From a virus (lineage: Duplodnaviria > Caudoviricetes): a stretch of 63,671 bases of DNA. Where the stretch lies: the IMG/VR virus record IMGVR_UViG_3300042894_002234, positions 1-63,671 of that record; one strand, 5' to 3'. The notes below the pieces were generated by a model. That model was not told the DNA's origin and did no database searches. It saw only the letters and a list, made by a program, of their open reading frames with translations. How positions within the stretch are numbered: position 1 is the stretch's first letter; every line of letters begins with the position of its first letter. This document shows positions 17,307 through 26,226 of the stretch, one piece after another. The translations under genes were made by a program, and so were the position numbers.

Positions 17307-17858
17307 ATGAAACTAAAAACAAATGATAAAAAAGCGGAACCTACTCAAGTTGAGAGTAGATATGTAAAAGTACAAGAACTGAGAAAGTACCATCAAGCAA
17401 CATTAGATGCTTATGGTAGACCAGATGCAGACTTTATACCTAAGATGGCTTATATCCCTAAAGGGAAAGAAGAGTTGTGTATAGGATTTTTTCCTTCTGA
17501 GATGAAGAGAGGTGTAGACTTCTTTACAGAATTTGTAGATAAGAATCTACAACCAGAAGACCCTGAAAGAAAGTTATACTTATGGAAGTATAATCAGTTT
17601 TGGGAAACTGAATATGAACAAGTTGACAATGGTACTTATGTATGGGCAATGGTTCCAGTATCTGAACTATATGTAGTTGACTTAAAAGATTATGTTACTA
17701 AGGTTAATACTAATGAATTTGAACTTATAGGTAAAGCAGTAACATCAATTGATGGTGATGCTCCTATAAGTGAGTTAACAATCAAAGACTTAGCTGCTAT
17801 CTTATTAAACAAACCTTGTAGTGACAAACCTTTTTTAAATAAATTAATTTTAAGCTAA
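17307..17858 (+). CDS. Hypothetical protein of the replication module
   Basis: 183-aa ORF; C-terminal DAPISELTIKDLAAILLNKPCS. Confidence 0.7.
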   Translation: MKLKTNDKKAEPTQVESRYVKVQELRKYHQATLDAYGRPDADFIPKMAYIPKGKEELCIGFFPSEMKRGVDFFTEFVDKNLQPEDPERKLYLWKYNQFWETEYEQVDNGTYVWAMVPVSELYVVDLKDYVTKVNTNEFELIGKAVTSIDGDAPISELTIKDLAAILLNKPCSDKPFLNKLILS

Positions 17859-18544
17859 TGGCATCAAGTGTATTAATTGTAGGGGACTCAGGTTCTGGTA
17901 AATCAACAGGTATTGAAAATTTAGATCCAGCATCTACATTTTTGATTAATGTTGCAAACAAACCTCTTCCTTTTAAAGGCTGGAAAAGTAAGTATATCTC
18001 ATGGAGTAAAGCTGAACCAGCAGGAAATATGTATGTAAGACCAGAATCTGATAATATCATATCTTGTCTGCAATATGTATCTAAGTCAAGACCTGAAATC
18101 AAAACTATTGTAATAGATGATTTTCAGTATATGAGTGCTTTTGACTATATGGATAAAGCAATGGAGAAAGGTTTTGACAAGTTCACCAAAATGGCTGTCA
18201 ACTTAACCAAAGTAGCAAGAATTCAGAATGAGTTAAGAGATGACTTAGTTATCTTTATTCTTAATCACTCAGAAGAATCTGTGGATATTGATGGTAATAG
18301 AAGAATTAAAGCAAAGACCATTGGTAAAATGATTGACAACACGGTAACTCTAGAAGGTTTATTCTCAATTGTCCTATTTGCAAAAGCAAGAAAAGACAAA
18401 GACAAAGGTATTAGATATATCTATGAGACTCAAACTAATGGAGAAAACACATGTAAATCACCAAAAGGTATGTTCAATGAATTTGAAATACCCAATGACC
18501 TAGAATTTGTAAGAACAACAATTTTAAATTACGAGAACAACTAA
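17858..18544 (+). CDS. P-loop ATPase (AAA_24/Sak4-like)
   Basis: Walker A GDSGSGKST, Walker B IVIDDFQY, KTIGKMID..VTLEGLF, CKSPKGMF. Confidence 0.8.
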   Translation: MASSVLIVGDSGSGKSTGIENLDPASTFLINVANKPLPFKGWKSKYISWSKAEPAGNMYVRPESDNIISCLQYVSKSRPEIKTIVIDDFQYMSAFDYMDKAMEKGFDKFTKMAVNLTKVARIQNELRDDLVIFILNHSEESVDIDGNRRIKAKTIGKMIDNTVTLEGLFSIVLFAKARKDKDKGIRYIYETQTNGENTCKSPKGMFNEFEIPNDLEFVRTTILNYENN

Positions 18545-18554
18545 ATAAATAACT

Positions 18555-19250
18555 ATGCTAAGTACAAAAAACATCCCATCGGGATCAGGTATGTCAAAGA
18601 GTATATTACCTGGAGCTAAAGTGTTAAAGATTAATTCTGTTACTTTAGACAAAGTATCTTATAAAGAAGATGCATATCATTTAACTTTACATTGTGAAAC
18701 AGAACCTGTAGAAGGTTTAGATGGTTTCTTCATTGATAAAGATGATACATCAAAAGGTAAACACCTAGGTCAAATTGGTAGAATTAAAGCAGGATCTTAT
18801 CCATTTTCTGATGGTATGACTAAATCAGGAATTAAAATTGAAAGAGATAGAACAATTTTACAGTTTGTAAAGAATGTAGCTACAGAGTTAGGTTTTTATG
18901 ACTGGTTTGAAGCTCAAGATAATAAGTTTAGTACTATAGAGGATTTTATTTCTCATCTTGATGCATCTAAACCGTTCAAGAATATCTACTTTAATGCAGT
19001 AGTATCTGGTAAGGAATATGAAAAAAATGGTTATATTAATTATGACTTATTCTTTCCAAAATTTGATAAGACATCTAAGCCAATGGAAGCAATTAAATCA
19101 GTAGATACTGCTAATCAAGGTGCTCTTATTGTGTTTGACAATGAACTTCATATCAAGAAATTGAGTAAGGCACCAACATCAGCACCAGTAGATTTATTTG
19201 AAGGATCTCTTCCTGTGAGTAATTCTGTTGGTAATGATTTTGAATTATAA
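18555..19250 (+). CDS. Hypothetical protein, probable ssDNA-binding protein
   Basis: Lies between the Sak4-like ATPase and primase; flexible tail ending NDFEL. Function inferred from context. Confidence 0.5.
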   Translation: MLSTKNIPSGSGMSKSILPGAKVLKINSVTLDKVSYKEDAYHLTLHCETEPVEGLDGFFIDKDDTSKGKHLGQIGRIKAGSYPFSDGMTKSGIKIERDRTILQFVKNVATELGFYDWFEAQDNKFSTIEDFISHLDASKPFKNIYFNAVVSGKEYEKNGYINYDLFFPKFDKTSKPMEAIKSVDTANQGALIVFDNELHIKKLSKAPTSAPVDLFEGSLPVSNSVGNDFEL

Positions 19251-19271
19251 TCATTAGAATTTTATAAATTT

Positions 19272-19298
19272 GGGCGGGCACTAACACCCGCCCTTTTT
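19272..19298 (+). terminator. Intrinsic terminator
   Basis: GGGCGGG-cactaaca-CCCGCCC followed by TTTTT. Confidence 0.8.
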
Positions 19299-19309
19299 AT
19301 TTCAATATT

Positions 19310-20263
19310 ATGCTCTCAACCAAAGATTTATTTTCAATTAGTGATGTTCCAGAAAGTTGGATATTTGAATATTATGCAGGTTTATCAGGTAGTTTGTTGG
19401 GAGAGGATATAACCTTAAAATCATTATTTAAACCTAACGAGAAAACACCATCAATGAAGATCTTCTATAAAGATGGAAGATATTTCTATAAAGATTTTTC
19501 CTCTGGTAATGGAGGTACAGCTATTAATTTAGTTGAAAAGGTATACGGATTAACATATGGAGAAACGATAAGCAAGATCATTAATGATTACAAGTCTTAT
19601 CATGGTAATGGAAAAATATATATTAAGCAAAGTTTTAAACCTAAAGATAAAACAGTAGTTGATAGTTTTGAAATCAAACCCTGGACACAACGTGATGCTA
19701 AATTCTGGTCTAAGTTTAACATTGGTTCTAAGTTATTAGAACTATATAATGTTAAACCTTGTGATATTATCTTAAAGAAAGGTGATAAGATAATAGACTT
19801 AAGAGGTAGAATGATCTATGGTTATTTTGATAGCAATGGTGAGATATATAAAATATATCAACCATATAATCAAGACAATAAGTTTCTAACTTTTAAATCT
19901 CACATACAAGGTCTTGATCAGTTGGAGTATAAACATAAATATTTGGTTATAGTATCATCTTTAAAAGATGGTCTATCTCTTAATAGTTTAGGTTTACCTG
20001 TAGAATTTATAGCACCAGCAAGTGAGAATACTATTATTGAACCAGTTGTAATTGATATTCTAAAATCAAAATATCAAAAGATTATTACTATCCTTGACAA
20101 TGATGATGCTGGATTAAGAGCAATGCTTAAATACAACAGTTTGTATAATCTACCATATGCTAATCTTGATATGTCTAAAGATATATCAGATTCTGTTAAA
20201 GATCATGGTTCCCAAGAAGTTAAATTAAATTTATACTCTTTACTTAAAAGTATTATAAAATGA
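19310..20263 (+). CDS. DNA primase (TOPRIM)
   Basis: EKTPSM..YKDFSSGNGG N-terminal domain, KIYQP, SSLKD, LDNDDAG, KDISD. Confidence 0.85.
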   Translation: MLSTKDLFSISDVPESWIFEYYAGLSGSLLGEDITLKSLFKPNEKTPSMKIFYKDGRYFYKDFSSGNGGTAINLVEKVYGLTYGETISKIINDYKSYHGNGKIYIKQSFKPKDKTVVDSFEIKPWTQRDAKFWSKFNIGSKLLELYNVKPCDIILKKGDKIIDLRGRMIYGYFDSNGEIYKIYQPYNQDNKFLTFKSHIQGLDQLEYKHKYLVIVSSLKDGLSLNSLGLPVEFIAPASENTIIEPVVIDILKSKYQKIITILDNDDAGLRAMLKYNSLYNLPYANLDMSKDISDSVKDHGSQEVKLNLYSLLKSIIK

Positions 20264-20691
20264 GCTGGATATATAAAGGAATGGTATTTACTGATGAAAT
20301 GATACCAGATGATGCAATTGGATTCATATATAAAATGGATACAACATATGAAGGTAGAATAGTTAGTTACATTGGTAGAAAGAATTTCTTTACTGATGCA
20401 AAAGCAAAAATTCTTAAGAAGAATCTACCTAAAGATAAACGTAAGAAGACATATACTAGAGTAAGGAAGATGACATATCAAAATTACTATAGTAGTAACT
20501 TAGTACTGAAGAATTTACATAAAGAAGGTTGTCCTATACGTAGGGAAATACTTAGGATATGTCATTCTAAAACAGAACTATCTTACTATGAAACTAAGTA
20601 TCAATTTGTACATGAAGTGCTTGAATCAGATGAATGGTTAAATGGTAATATCTTAGGAAGATTTTATAAACAAAAGAAACATGACAGATAA
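20260..20691 (+). CDS. GIY-YIG-like nuclease-fold protein
   Basis: GFIYKM...SYIGRKNF, YYSSN, REILRIC, YYE. Confidence 0.6.
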   Translation: MSWIYKGMVFTDEMIPDDAIGFIYKMDTTYEGRIVSYIGRKNFFTDAKAKILKKNLPKDKRKKTYTRVRKMTYQNYYSSNLVLKNLHKEGCPIRREILRICHSKTELSYYETKYQFVHEVLESDEWLNGNILGRFYKQKKHDR

Positions 20692-21844
20692 TGAATCATT
20701 AGAGAAAATTAGTAAGTCATTAATGTTAAAAGAGCCCTTCTATGGGCTCTTTCTCATTATGCTTAATAAAGTATGGAGACAAGATGTACCTACTGCAGGT
20801 GTATCAAGAAATAATATCAATTTTCAGTTGGCTATAAATCCAGAGTTCTGGAATAGTTTATCTGAAGATCATAAAATAGGCTTATTAAAACATGAGCTAT
20901 TACATATCTGTTTTCATCATTTATCTCTTAGAGATATTCTGAATGATCATAGAATATTTAATATTGCTGCAGATATTGAAATTAATCAATATATAGATGG
21001 ACATCAATTACCTGAAGGAGCATTACTACCAAAAAGTTTTCCTGAATTAAGTTTAGGAATAAAGGAAGGTACTAAGACTTATTATACAATCCTTCTTGAT
21101 GCTGCACAGAATAATAAATCAAAAGCTTTAAATGATTTATTAGAACAATTAGCTAATAATCCAGATCATCCTACTAATCATTCTACATGGAATGAGTTTG
21201 ATGAGTTAGATGAATCAACTAAAAAACTAATTGAAAAGCAAGCTAATCATTTAATGAATGAAGTTGCTGATCAAATTAAAAAAGCTAAAGGTCAAATTCC
21301 TGGACTTATTGCTAATTTATTAGATAAAATAAATTTAAAGGAAGAACCCAAGTTTGACTGGAAAGGTTATCTTAGAAGATTTGCTGGAGGTTCTAGCAAG
21401 ATATTTACTAAGAAGTTAAGAAGAAAATTTAATAAAAGATACGAGGATAGTCCTGGTTTAAAGATTAAACCTAAAAAACATATTCTTGTTGCTGTAGATA
21501 CATCTGGTTCTGTTTCACAAAAAGAACTTGTAGAATTCTTTCAGGAAATAAATCATATTCATAAAACTGGTACCGAAATAACAGTAGTACAATGTGATTC
21601 TGCTATCAGTTCAATTGAAGAATATAATCCTAGAAAAGAAATAAAATTACATGGTAGAGGTGGTACCTCATTTGAACCAGTAATTGAAATGTATAATAAT
21701 AATAAGAAATATTGTTCACTTATCTATTTTACAGATGGTGAATGCAGTACTCAATTAGTACCAAGAGGTAGATGTTTATGGGTATTATCTGCACAATCGC
21801 ATGATAATAATGAGTTACCAGGAAATGTTATAAAATTAAATTAA
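20681..21844 (+). CDS. Metallopeptidase-like + VWA protein (DUF2201-type)
   Basis: HELLH zincin motif, NIAADIEIN, MIDAS VDTSGS, GRGGTSF.PV, IYFTDG. Confidence 0.85.
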   Translation: MTDNESLEKISKSLMLKEPFYGLFLIMLNKVWRQDVPTAGVSRNNINFQLAINPEFWNSLSEDHKIGLLKHELLHICFHHLSLRDILNDHRIFNIAADIEINQYIDGHQLPEGALLPKSFPELSLGIKEGTKTYYTILLDAAQNNKSKALNDLLEQLANNPDHPTNHSTWNEFDELDESTKKLIEKQANHLMNEVADQIKKAKGQIPGLIANLLDKINLKEEPKFDWKGYLRRFAGGSSKIFTKKLRRKFNKRYEDSPGLKIKPKKHILVAVDTSGSVSQKELVEFFQEINHIHKTGTEITVVQCDSAISSIEEYNPRKEIKLHGRGGTSFEPVIEMYNNNKKYCSLIYFTDGECSTQLVPRGRCLWVLSAQSHDNNELPGNVIKLN

Positions 21845-21845
21845 G

Positions 21846-23015
21846 ATGGCAAAAGAAGTAAATTTGAATATTGACGAAGTCAAAGATTTTGTAAAGCATA
21901 TTGTAGAAAATAATAGATACTTACAAGCACAAGGTAAACCTTCAGTTGCTGTAGAAGTAATGGGTGATTCTGGTATTGGTAAAACATCAGCTATCCTACA
22001 AATTGCAGATGAACTAAATTTTAATTGTGTAAAGATTAATCTTGCACAGATAGAAGAATTGGGTGACTTAGTAGGTTTTCCTATTAGACAATTTGAAGTT
22101 TGTAAAGATGGAGAATGTATGTGGGCTGATGAGCATGCAGTAGAAGATTATACTCGCAGAGGTTATCAGTTTACAGGATTAAAGAGAATGTCTTATTGTC
22201 CACCAGAATGGATTGCAGATAAAACAGCAGGTGGTATATTAATTCTTGATGACTGGAATCGTGCAGATGTAAGATTCATTCAAGCAGTTATGGAACTAAT
22301 TGATAGACAACAGTATATCTCTTGGAAATTACCACAGGATTGGCATATCATCTTAACTAGTAATCCAGATAATGGTGATTACTTGGTAAACTCAACAGAT
22401 AATGCACAGAGAACCAGATATATCACAGCTAATCTTAAGTTTGATATCAAAGTATGGGCACGTTGGGCAGAAGCAAACAAACTAGATACTAGATGTATTA
22501 ACTTCTTATTGATGCATCCTGAACTGGTTACAACACAGACAAATGCAAGAAGTATTACTACATTCTTTAATGCTATTAGTTCTATTCCAGTATTTGAAGA
22601 TAAGTTAAATCTTATTCAGAATATTGGTGAGGGTAGTGTTGGTAGTGAGTTTGCAAGCTTGTTTACTTTGTTTATTAATAACAAACTAGATAAGTTGATA
22701 ACACCTGAAGATATGCTTACAAAAGATGAGAAGTATGTAAAAGGTGTTCTTAATGGTACAATTGGAGAGAATGCTTCTTATAGAGCAGACATTGCTAGTA
22801 CTCTAGCAACAAGACTTGTAAATTTTAGTTTGAATTACGCAACTACACATAGTATTCCTGATCCAATGATCAATAGAATTTCTTTGTTAGTTACTGAGGA
22901 TATCTTTGGTACTGATCTTAATTACTATGTAATTAGAACAATACTAAATGGTAATAAATCTAAGTTTAGCAAACTTATGATGAATCCAAAAGTGATTCAA
23001 ATGGCAGTAAAATAA
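21846..23015 (+). CDS. MoxR-like AAA+ ATPase (partner of the DUF2201 protein)
   Basis: Walker A GDSGIGKT, EELGDLVGFP, PPEW, ILILDDWNRA, LTSNP, AQRTR. Confidence 0.85.
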   Translation: MAKEVNLNIDEVKDFVKHIVENNRYLQAQGKPSVAVEVMGDSGIGKTSAILQIADELNFNCVKINLAQIEELGDLVGFPIRQFEVCKDGECMWADEHAVEDYTRRGYQFTGLKRMSYCPPEWIADKTAGGILILDDWNRADVRFIQAVMELIDRQQYISWKLPQDWHIILTSNPDNGDYLVNSTDNAQRTRYITANLKFDIKVWARWAEANKLDTRCINFLLMHPELVTTQTNARSITTFFNAISSIPVFEDKLNLIQNIGEGSVGSEFASLFTLFINNKLDKLITPEDMLTKDEKYVKGVLNGTIGENASYRADIASTLATRLVNFSLNYATTHSIPDPMINRISLLVTEDIFGTDLNYYVIRTILNGNKSKFSKLMMNPKVIQMAVK

Positions 23016-23024
23016 TTTAAACAG

Positions 23025-23040
23025 GGGGGATTTATCCCCC
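23025..23040 (+). terminator. Stem-loop after the second AAA gene
   Basis: GGGGGA-ttta-TCCCCC with no U-tract, so possibly a processing or stability hairpin. Confidence 0.4.
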
Positions 23041-23055
23041 ATAATACTTAAGAAA

Positions 23056-24195
23056 ATGGTAAGAAGTGTTTTATATTTAGATTTATACAATAATGGTTCA
23101 CGTGATTTAGTTGATCCTGTTGTAAGACAAATTGAATTACAAAATGTAACTAAGTTACCTGATCATATTGGTTATCTATCTCATTTTTATGATCTTATAG
23201 AAAAAAGAAAATCAAATATTGATTTTGTAGAAAAAGATAAAATTTATTTTACTCCAGGATGTTCTGTACCAAGAGGTAAATTCAAAACATATTGTGAAGA
23301 TAAAAATATTAGAGTGACTAGAGATTCTAGTAAAGCTAATTATATTGTATATTCTGAGAAGTCTGTAATTGGTTTATTTTCTCAAACTTGGGAATATACT
23401 ATCAGTTCTGAACTAATGATAAATCTTATAACTAATAGTAATTTATTTAATCAATCTACTACTAATCTAATCATTAATACATTAGATAAAGCAGAGTATA
23501 GAGATAAAGTTCTTATTAGTTATCAAACAAAGAATATTTTAGAAAAATGTATTTTATTACTCAAAAATATAGGATTTATTCCTATGGATACAGAGTATAA
23601 AAATGAATTTGATAGATCTAAAAAGATCATTAGAGTTGATGATAGAAAATCTTTTGAATTATTATTTGATCCTAATACTAAAGTTATTAATCAGGAATTA
23701 ATTTTATCTAAAATTAATAGTGACAATGTGATTAATAAAGAAATGTATGAGAGTATTGAAAAATTATTCCAAAGTAATCAAGAATCTGATTGGACTGTAG
23801 CTATGGAAATTATGGCTAATTCTGATTTAGATAATTCTGCTTTATATAACTTTTTATTATTTAAACATTATTATGGTTCTAGAATGGCATATGCTAAATC
23901 AAGAAATCATGTTAATTTTAAATCCATGCTTGAATATTATGGAGTTAATAAATATTCTAATATTACATTAGATGTAATTATTGATTTTCTAAAATTAAAA
24001 GGAGTATTTAATCAGTATGCTTATGATTTAATTAATGAAATGTATGTTAAAGAAATTAAATCATATTTAGGTGACTGGAGATTTAAAAATATTGATTTTA
24101 ATGTTTTTGATTTCAAAATAAATACCGAAATTGATGCAGAATTAGATGAACCAATTAATCAAATAGAAGAGGAATGTTTGAACCTAGAAGCATAG
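23056..24195 (+). CDS. Hypothetical protein
   Basis: 379-aa ORF; IYFTPGCSVPRGK, VAMEIMAN. Confidence 0.7.
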   Translation: MVRSVLYLDLYNNGSRDLVDPVVRQIELQNVTKLPDHIGYLSHFYDLIEKRKSNIDFVEKDKIYFTPGCSVPRGKFKTYCEDKNIRVTRDSSKANYIVYSEKSVIGLFSQTWEYTISSELMINLITNSNLFNQSTTNLIINTLDKAEYRDKVLISYQTKNILEKCILLLKNIGFIPMDTEYKNEFDRSKKIIRVDDRKSFELLFDPNTKVINQELILSKINSDNVINKEMYESIEKLFQSNQESDWTVAMEIMANSDLDNSALYNFLLFKHYYGSRMAYAKSRNHVNFKSMLEYYGVNKYSNITLDVIIDFLKLKGVFNQYAYDLINEMYVKEIKSYLGDWRFKNIDFNVFDFKINTEIDAELDEPINQIEEECLNLEA

Positions 24196-25172
24196 AAGAA
24201 CAGGAGTTTGTAAAGACTCCTTTTTTCTTCAGTTATTCAAGTCTGAATAAGTTAAGTTTTTCACCCAGAGCATTTTATGCTCATTACATCTTAAAACAAA
24301 GAGAAGAAAAACCAGAGAGTTTTTTAATTGAAGGAAAATTAATTCATGCTTTATTACTAGAAAAAGAAAAGTTTGAAGATAATTTTATTATTTCTCCATC
24401 AAAGATTCCTAATCCAAATATTAAAGAATTAATTGATTATGTTTATTATCAAAGTGAAAAAACTCTTGACTCAAAATTAATTGATTATACTGATTGTATA
24501 ATTGATTATTTAAAACAAATTAATTTATATCAAACATTAAAAACTGATCAGCAAAGACTAGATAAAATAAATACAAGTGAAAACCAAAGTTATTTTGAAT
24601 TCCTAAAGATTAAAGAATCAAAGATTATTGTTTCTCAAGAAACATATAACAAATGTGTCAAAGGTGTACAAATAATTAAAGAAGACAGAGTTGTTAAAAC
24701 AAAATTAATTACAGAGACTTCCTGGGAATTATTAGAATGTTTGAATGAGATTGAGCTTTCATATTTTGATAAAGAACAGGGTATTGGATTCAAAGGTGTA
24801 TTAGATAATTTAGTTATAGATTATGAAAACAAAGTTGTATTAATTAACGATTTAAAAACCACAAGTAAGTCCATATCAGAGTTTGAAGAAACGGTCCAGT
24901 ATTACAACTATTGGCTTCAAGCTGCTATGTACCACAAATTAGTTACAAACCAAATATTATCTAGATTCAAAGACCAAGAACTTTGGCGTATTGAATTTAA
25001 TTTCATAGTTTATGATGCTTATGAGCAAGTGTATTGCTTTCCAGTATCAAATGAGACAATGGAATTATGGACATCTAAGTTTATACAAAGAATTGAAGAA
25101 GCAAAATATCACCTAAATAGTGGTGATTTCACTTTGCCCTATAGATTCGCTATGGGGAATGTAACTTTGTAA
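24174..25172 (+). CDS. PD-(D/E)XK exonuclease (RecE/ExoVIII-like)
   Basis: FSYSSLNK, GKLIHALLLE, E..L...FKGVLDNL...INDLKTT, YWLQAAMY. Confidence 0.8.
   Translation: MFEPRSIEEQEFVKTPFFFSYSSLNKLSFSPRAFYAHYILKQREEKPESFLIEGKLIHALLLEKEKFEDNFIISPSKIPNPNIKELIDYVYYQSEKTLDSKLIDYTDCIIDYLKQINLYQTLKTDQQRLDKINTSENQSYFEFLKIKESKIIVSQETYNKCVKGVQIIKEDRVVKTKLITETSWELLECLNEIELSYFDKEQGIGFKGVLDNLVIDYENKVVLINDLKTTSKSISEFEETVQYYNYWLQAAMYHKLVTNQILSRFKDQELWRIEFNFIVYDAYEQVYCFPVSNETMELWTSKFIQRIEEAKYHLNSGDFTLPYRFAMGNVTL
25162..25169 (+). promoter_or_regulatory. Possible Bacteroidota sigma70 -7 element TAACTTTG
   Basis: Matches TAnnTTTG 15 nt upstream of the ATG at 25185; no well-spaced -33 element seen. Confidence 0.35.
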
Positions 25173-25184
25173 AACAGTAATCTT

Positions 25185-25754
25185 ATGATTAAACAATTGT
25201 ATATAGAATACATACAGAAATCAAGGATTTTTTTATATCCAGCTTTGGATATTAAACGAGGTAGTAGTGTTACTCCAATAGAGACTTATGTTTCTTGGAA
25301 AGATCACTATACTGTAGATGATAATAAATTAATCTGTCTATATCATATTAGGACAGATCAAGAATTTAAGACATTTGAGAAAATTAAACTATTTGCTAAT
25401 TCTAAATTTGATGATTTTCAATATGTAGGAGAAGACAAAGGTGTTTATGTTTTTGACCTTAGTATATATAAATATGAATATTCTGCTTTCTTAGAAGGTA
25501 AGTATTCAAAATTTGCAGAAGACTATAAACAGAATGTACTTTCTTTCTTTAAGCAGTCTAAAACTCACCAGGAATATATAGATAGTTATCTGTATCCTGA
25601 GAAGTATATAGATAAATACGCTGAGATATTATCATCTAATGACTTTAAATCTATTAAGGAAGCCTTAATAGAAGTTGGAGAACTTTGTGAAAAACCTGAT
25701 TTTGATAAAGAAGATCTTAAATTAGAAGTTCTTAAGTTGGAATTAACAAAATAA
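25185..25754 (+). CDS. Hypothetical protein
   Basis: 189-aa ORF; QKSRIFLYP, GKYSKF, SYLYPE. Confidence 0.7.
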   Translation: MIKQLYIEYIQKSRIFLYPALDIKRGSSVTPIETYVSWKDHYTVDDNKLICLYHIRTDQEFKTFEKIKLFANSKFDDFQYVGEDKGVYVFDLSIYKYEYSAFLEGKYSKFAEDYKQNVLSFFKQSKTHQEYIDSYLYPEKYIDKYAEILSSNDFKSIKEALIEVGELCEKPDFDKEDLKLEVLKLELTK

Positions 25755-25768
25755 CTTATGTATATTTG
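25737..25768 (+). promoter_or_regulatory. Bacteroidota sigma70-type promoter (-33 TTG / -7 TATATTTG)
   Basis: TTG at 25737-25739, 21-nt spacer, TAnnTTTG at 25761-25768, ATG at 25782. Confidence 0.55.
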
Positions 25769-25781
25769 TAAAAACCAAAAT

Positions 25782-26162
25782 ATGAAGAACATGCTAATGA
25801 TTTCATCCGAATGGGAAGGGCGTGAAGCCTTTAGGATGATACCTGTAACAGGAGATTGCCCATATGTAGAAGGAATTTTTGATTCAGAAACTAGAGTACT
25901 AGTTCTGTTTTCAAAAGGATTAAAAGAATCATTTCATATGGTTCCTCGTGTAGATGATAATGGTGATCCAATTCCAGTAGGAAAAGGTAAAGCTAGAATG
26001 AATGGAAAATCTTACCGTGAGGAAAGAAGAACTATTCAAACATTTCATGAGTATTATATTACAGACAAAGCAGAGATTGAAAGTTTCCTAGAGATGTTTA
26101 GCATCAACTATGATACTTTTGATTACAATAAATATTTTGAGACTCAAGAAGTTTTAGCTTAA
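25782..26162 (+). CDS. Hypothetical protein
   Basis: Start placed at ATG 25782, downstream of the -7 element; CPYVEGIFD, PRVDDNGD. Confidence 0.7.
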   Translation: MKNMLMISSEWEGREAFRMIPVTGDCPYVEGIFDSETRVLVLFSKGLKESFHMVPRVDDNGDPIPVGKGKARMNGKSYREERRTIQTFHEYYITDKAEIESFLEMFSINYDTFDYNKYFETQEVLA

Positions 26163-26182
26163 TATTATTAATGCAGACAGGG

Positions 26183-26206
26183 AAAGGGGAAATATCCCCT
26201 TTTTTT
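26183..26206 (+). terminator. Intrinsic terminator
   Basis: AAAGGGGA-aata-TCCCCTTT running into a T-tract. Confidence 0.75.
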
Positions 26207-26226
26207 GTTTGCTTAAATTGTAGATT

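Noticed and set aside
24174-25172. Cas4 and an associated CRISPR array
   Set aside because: The nuclease lacks the four-Cys Fe-S cluster pattern, and I saw no regularly spaced repeat-spacer array anywhere in the window.
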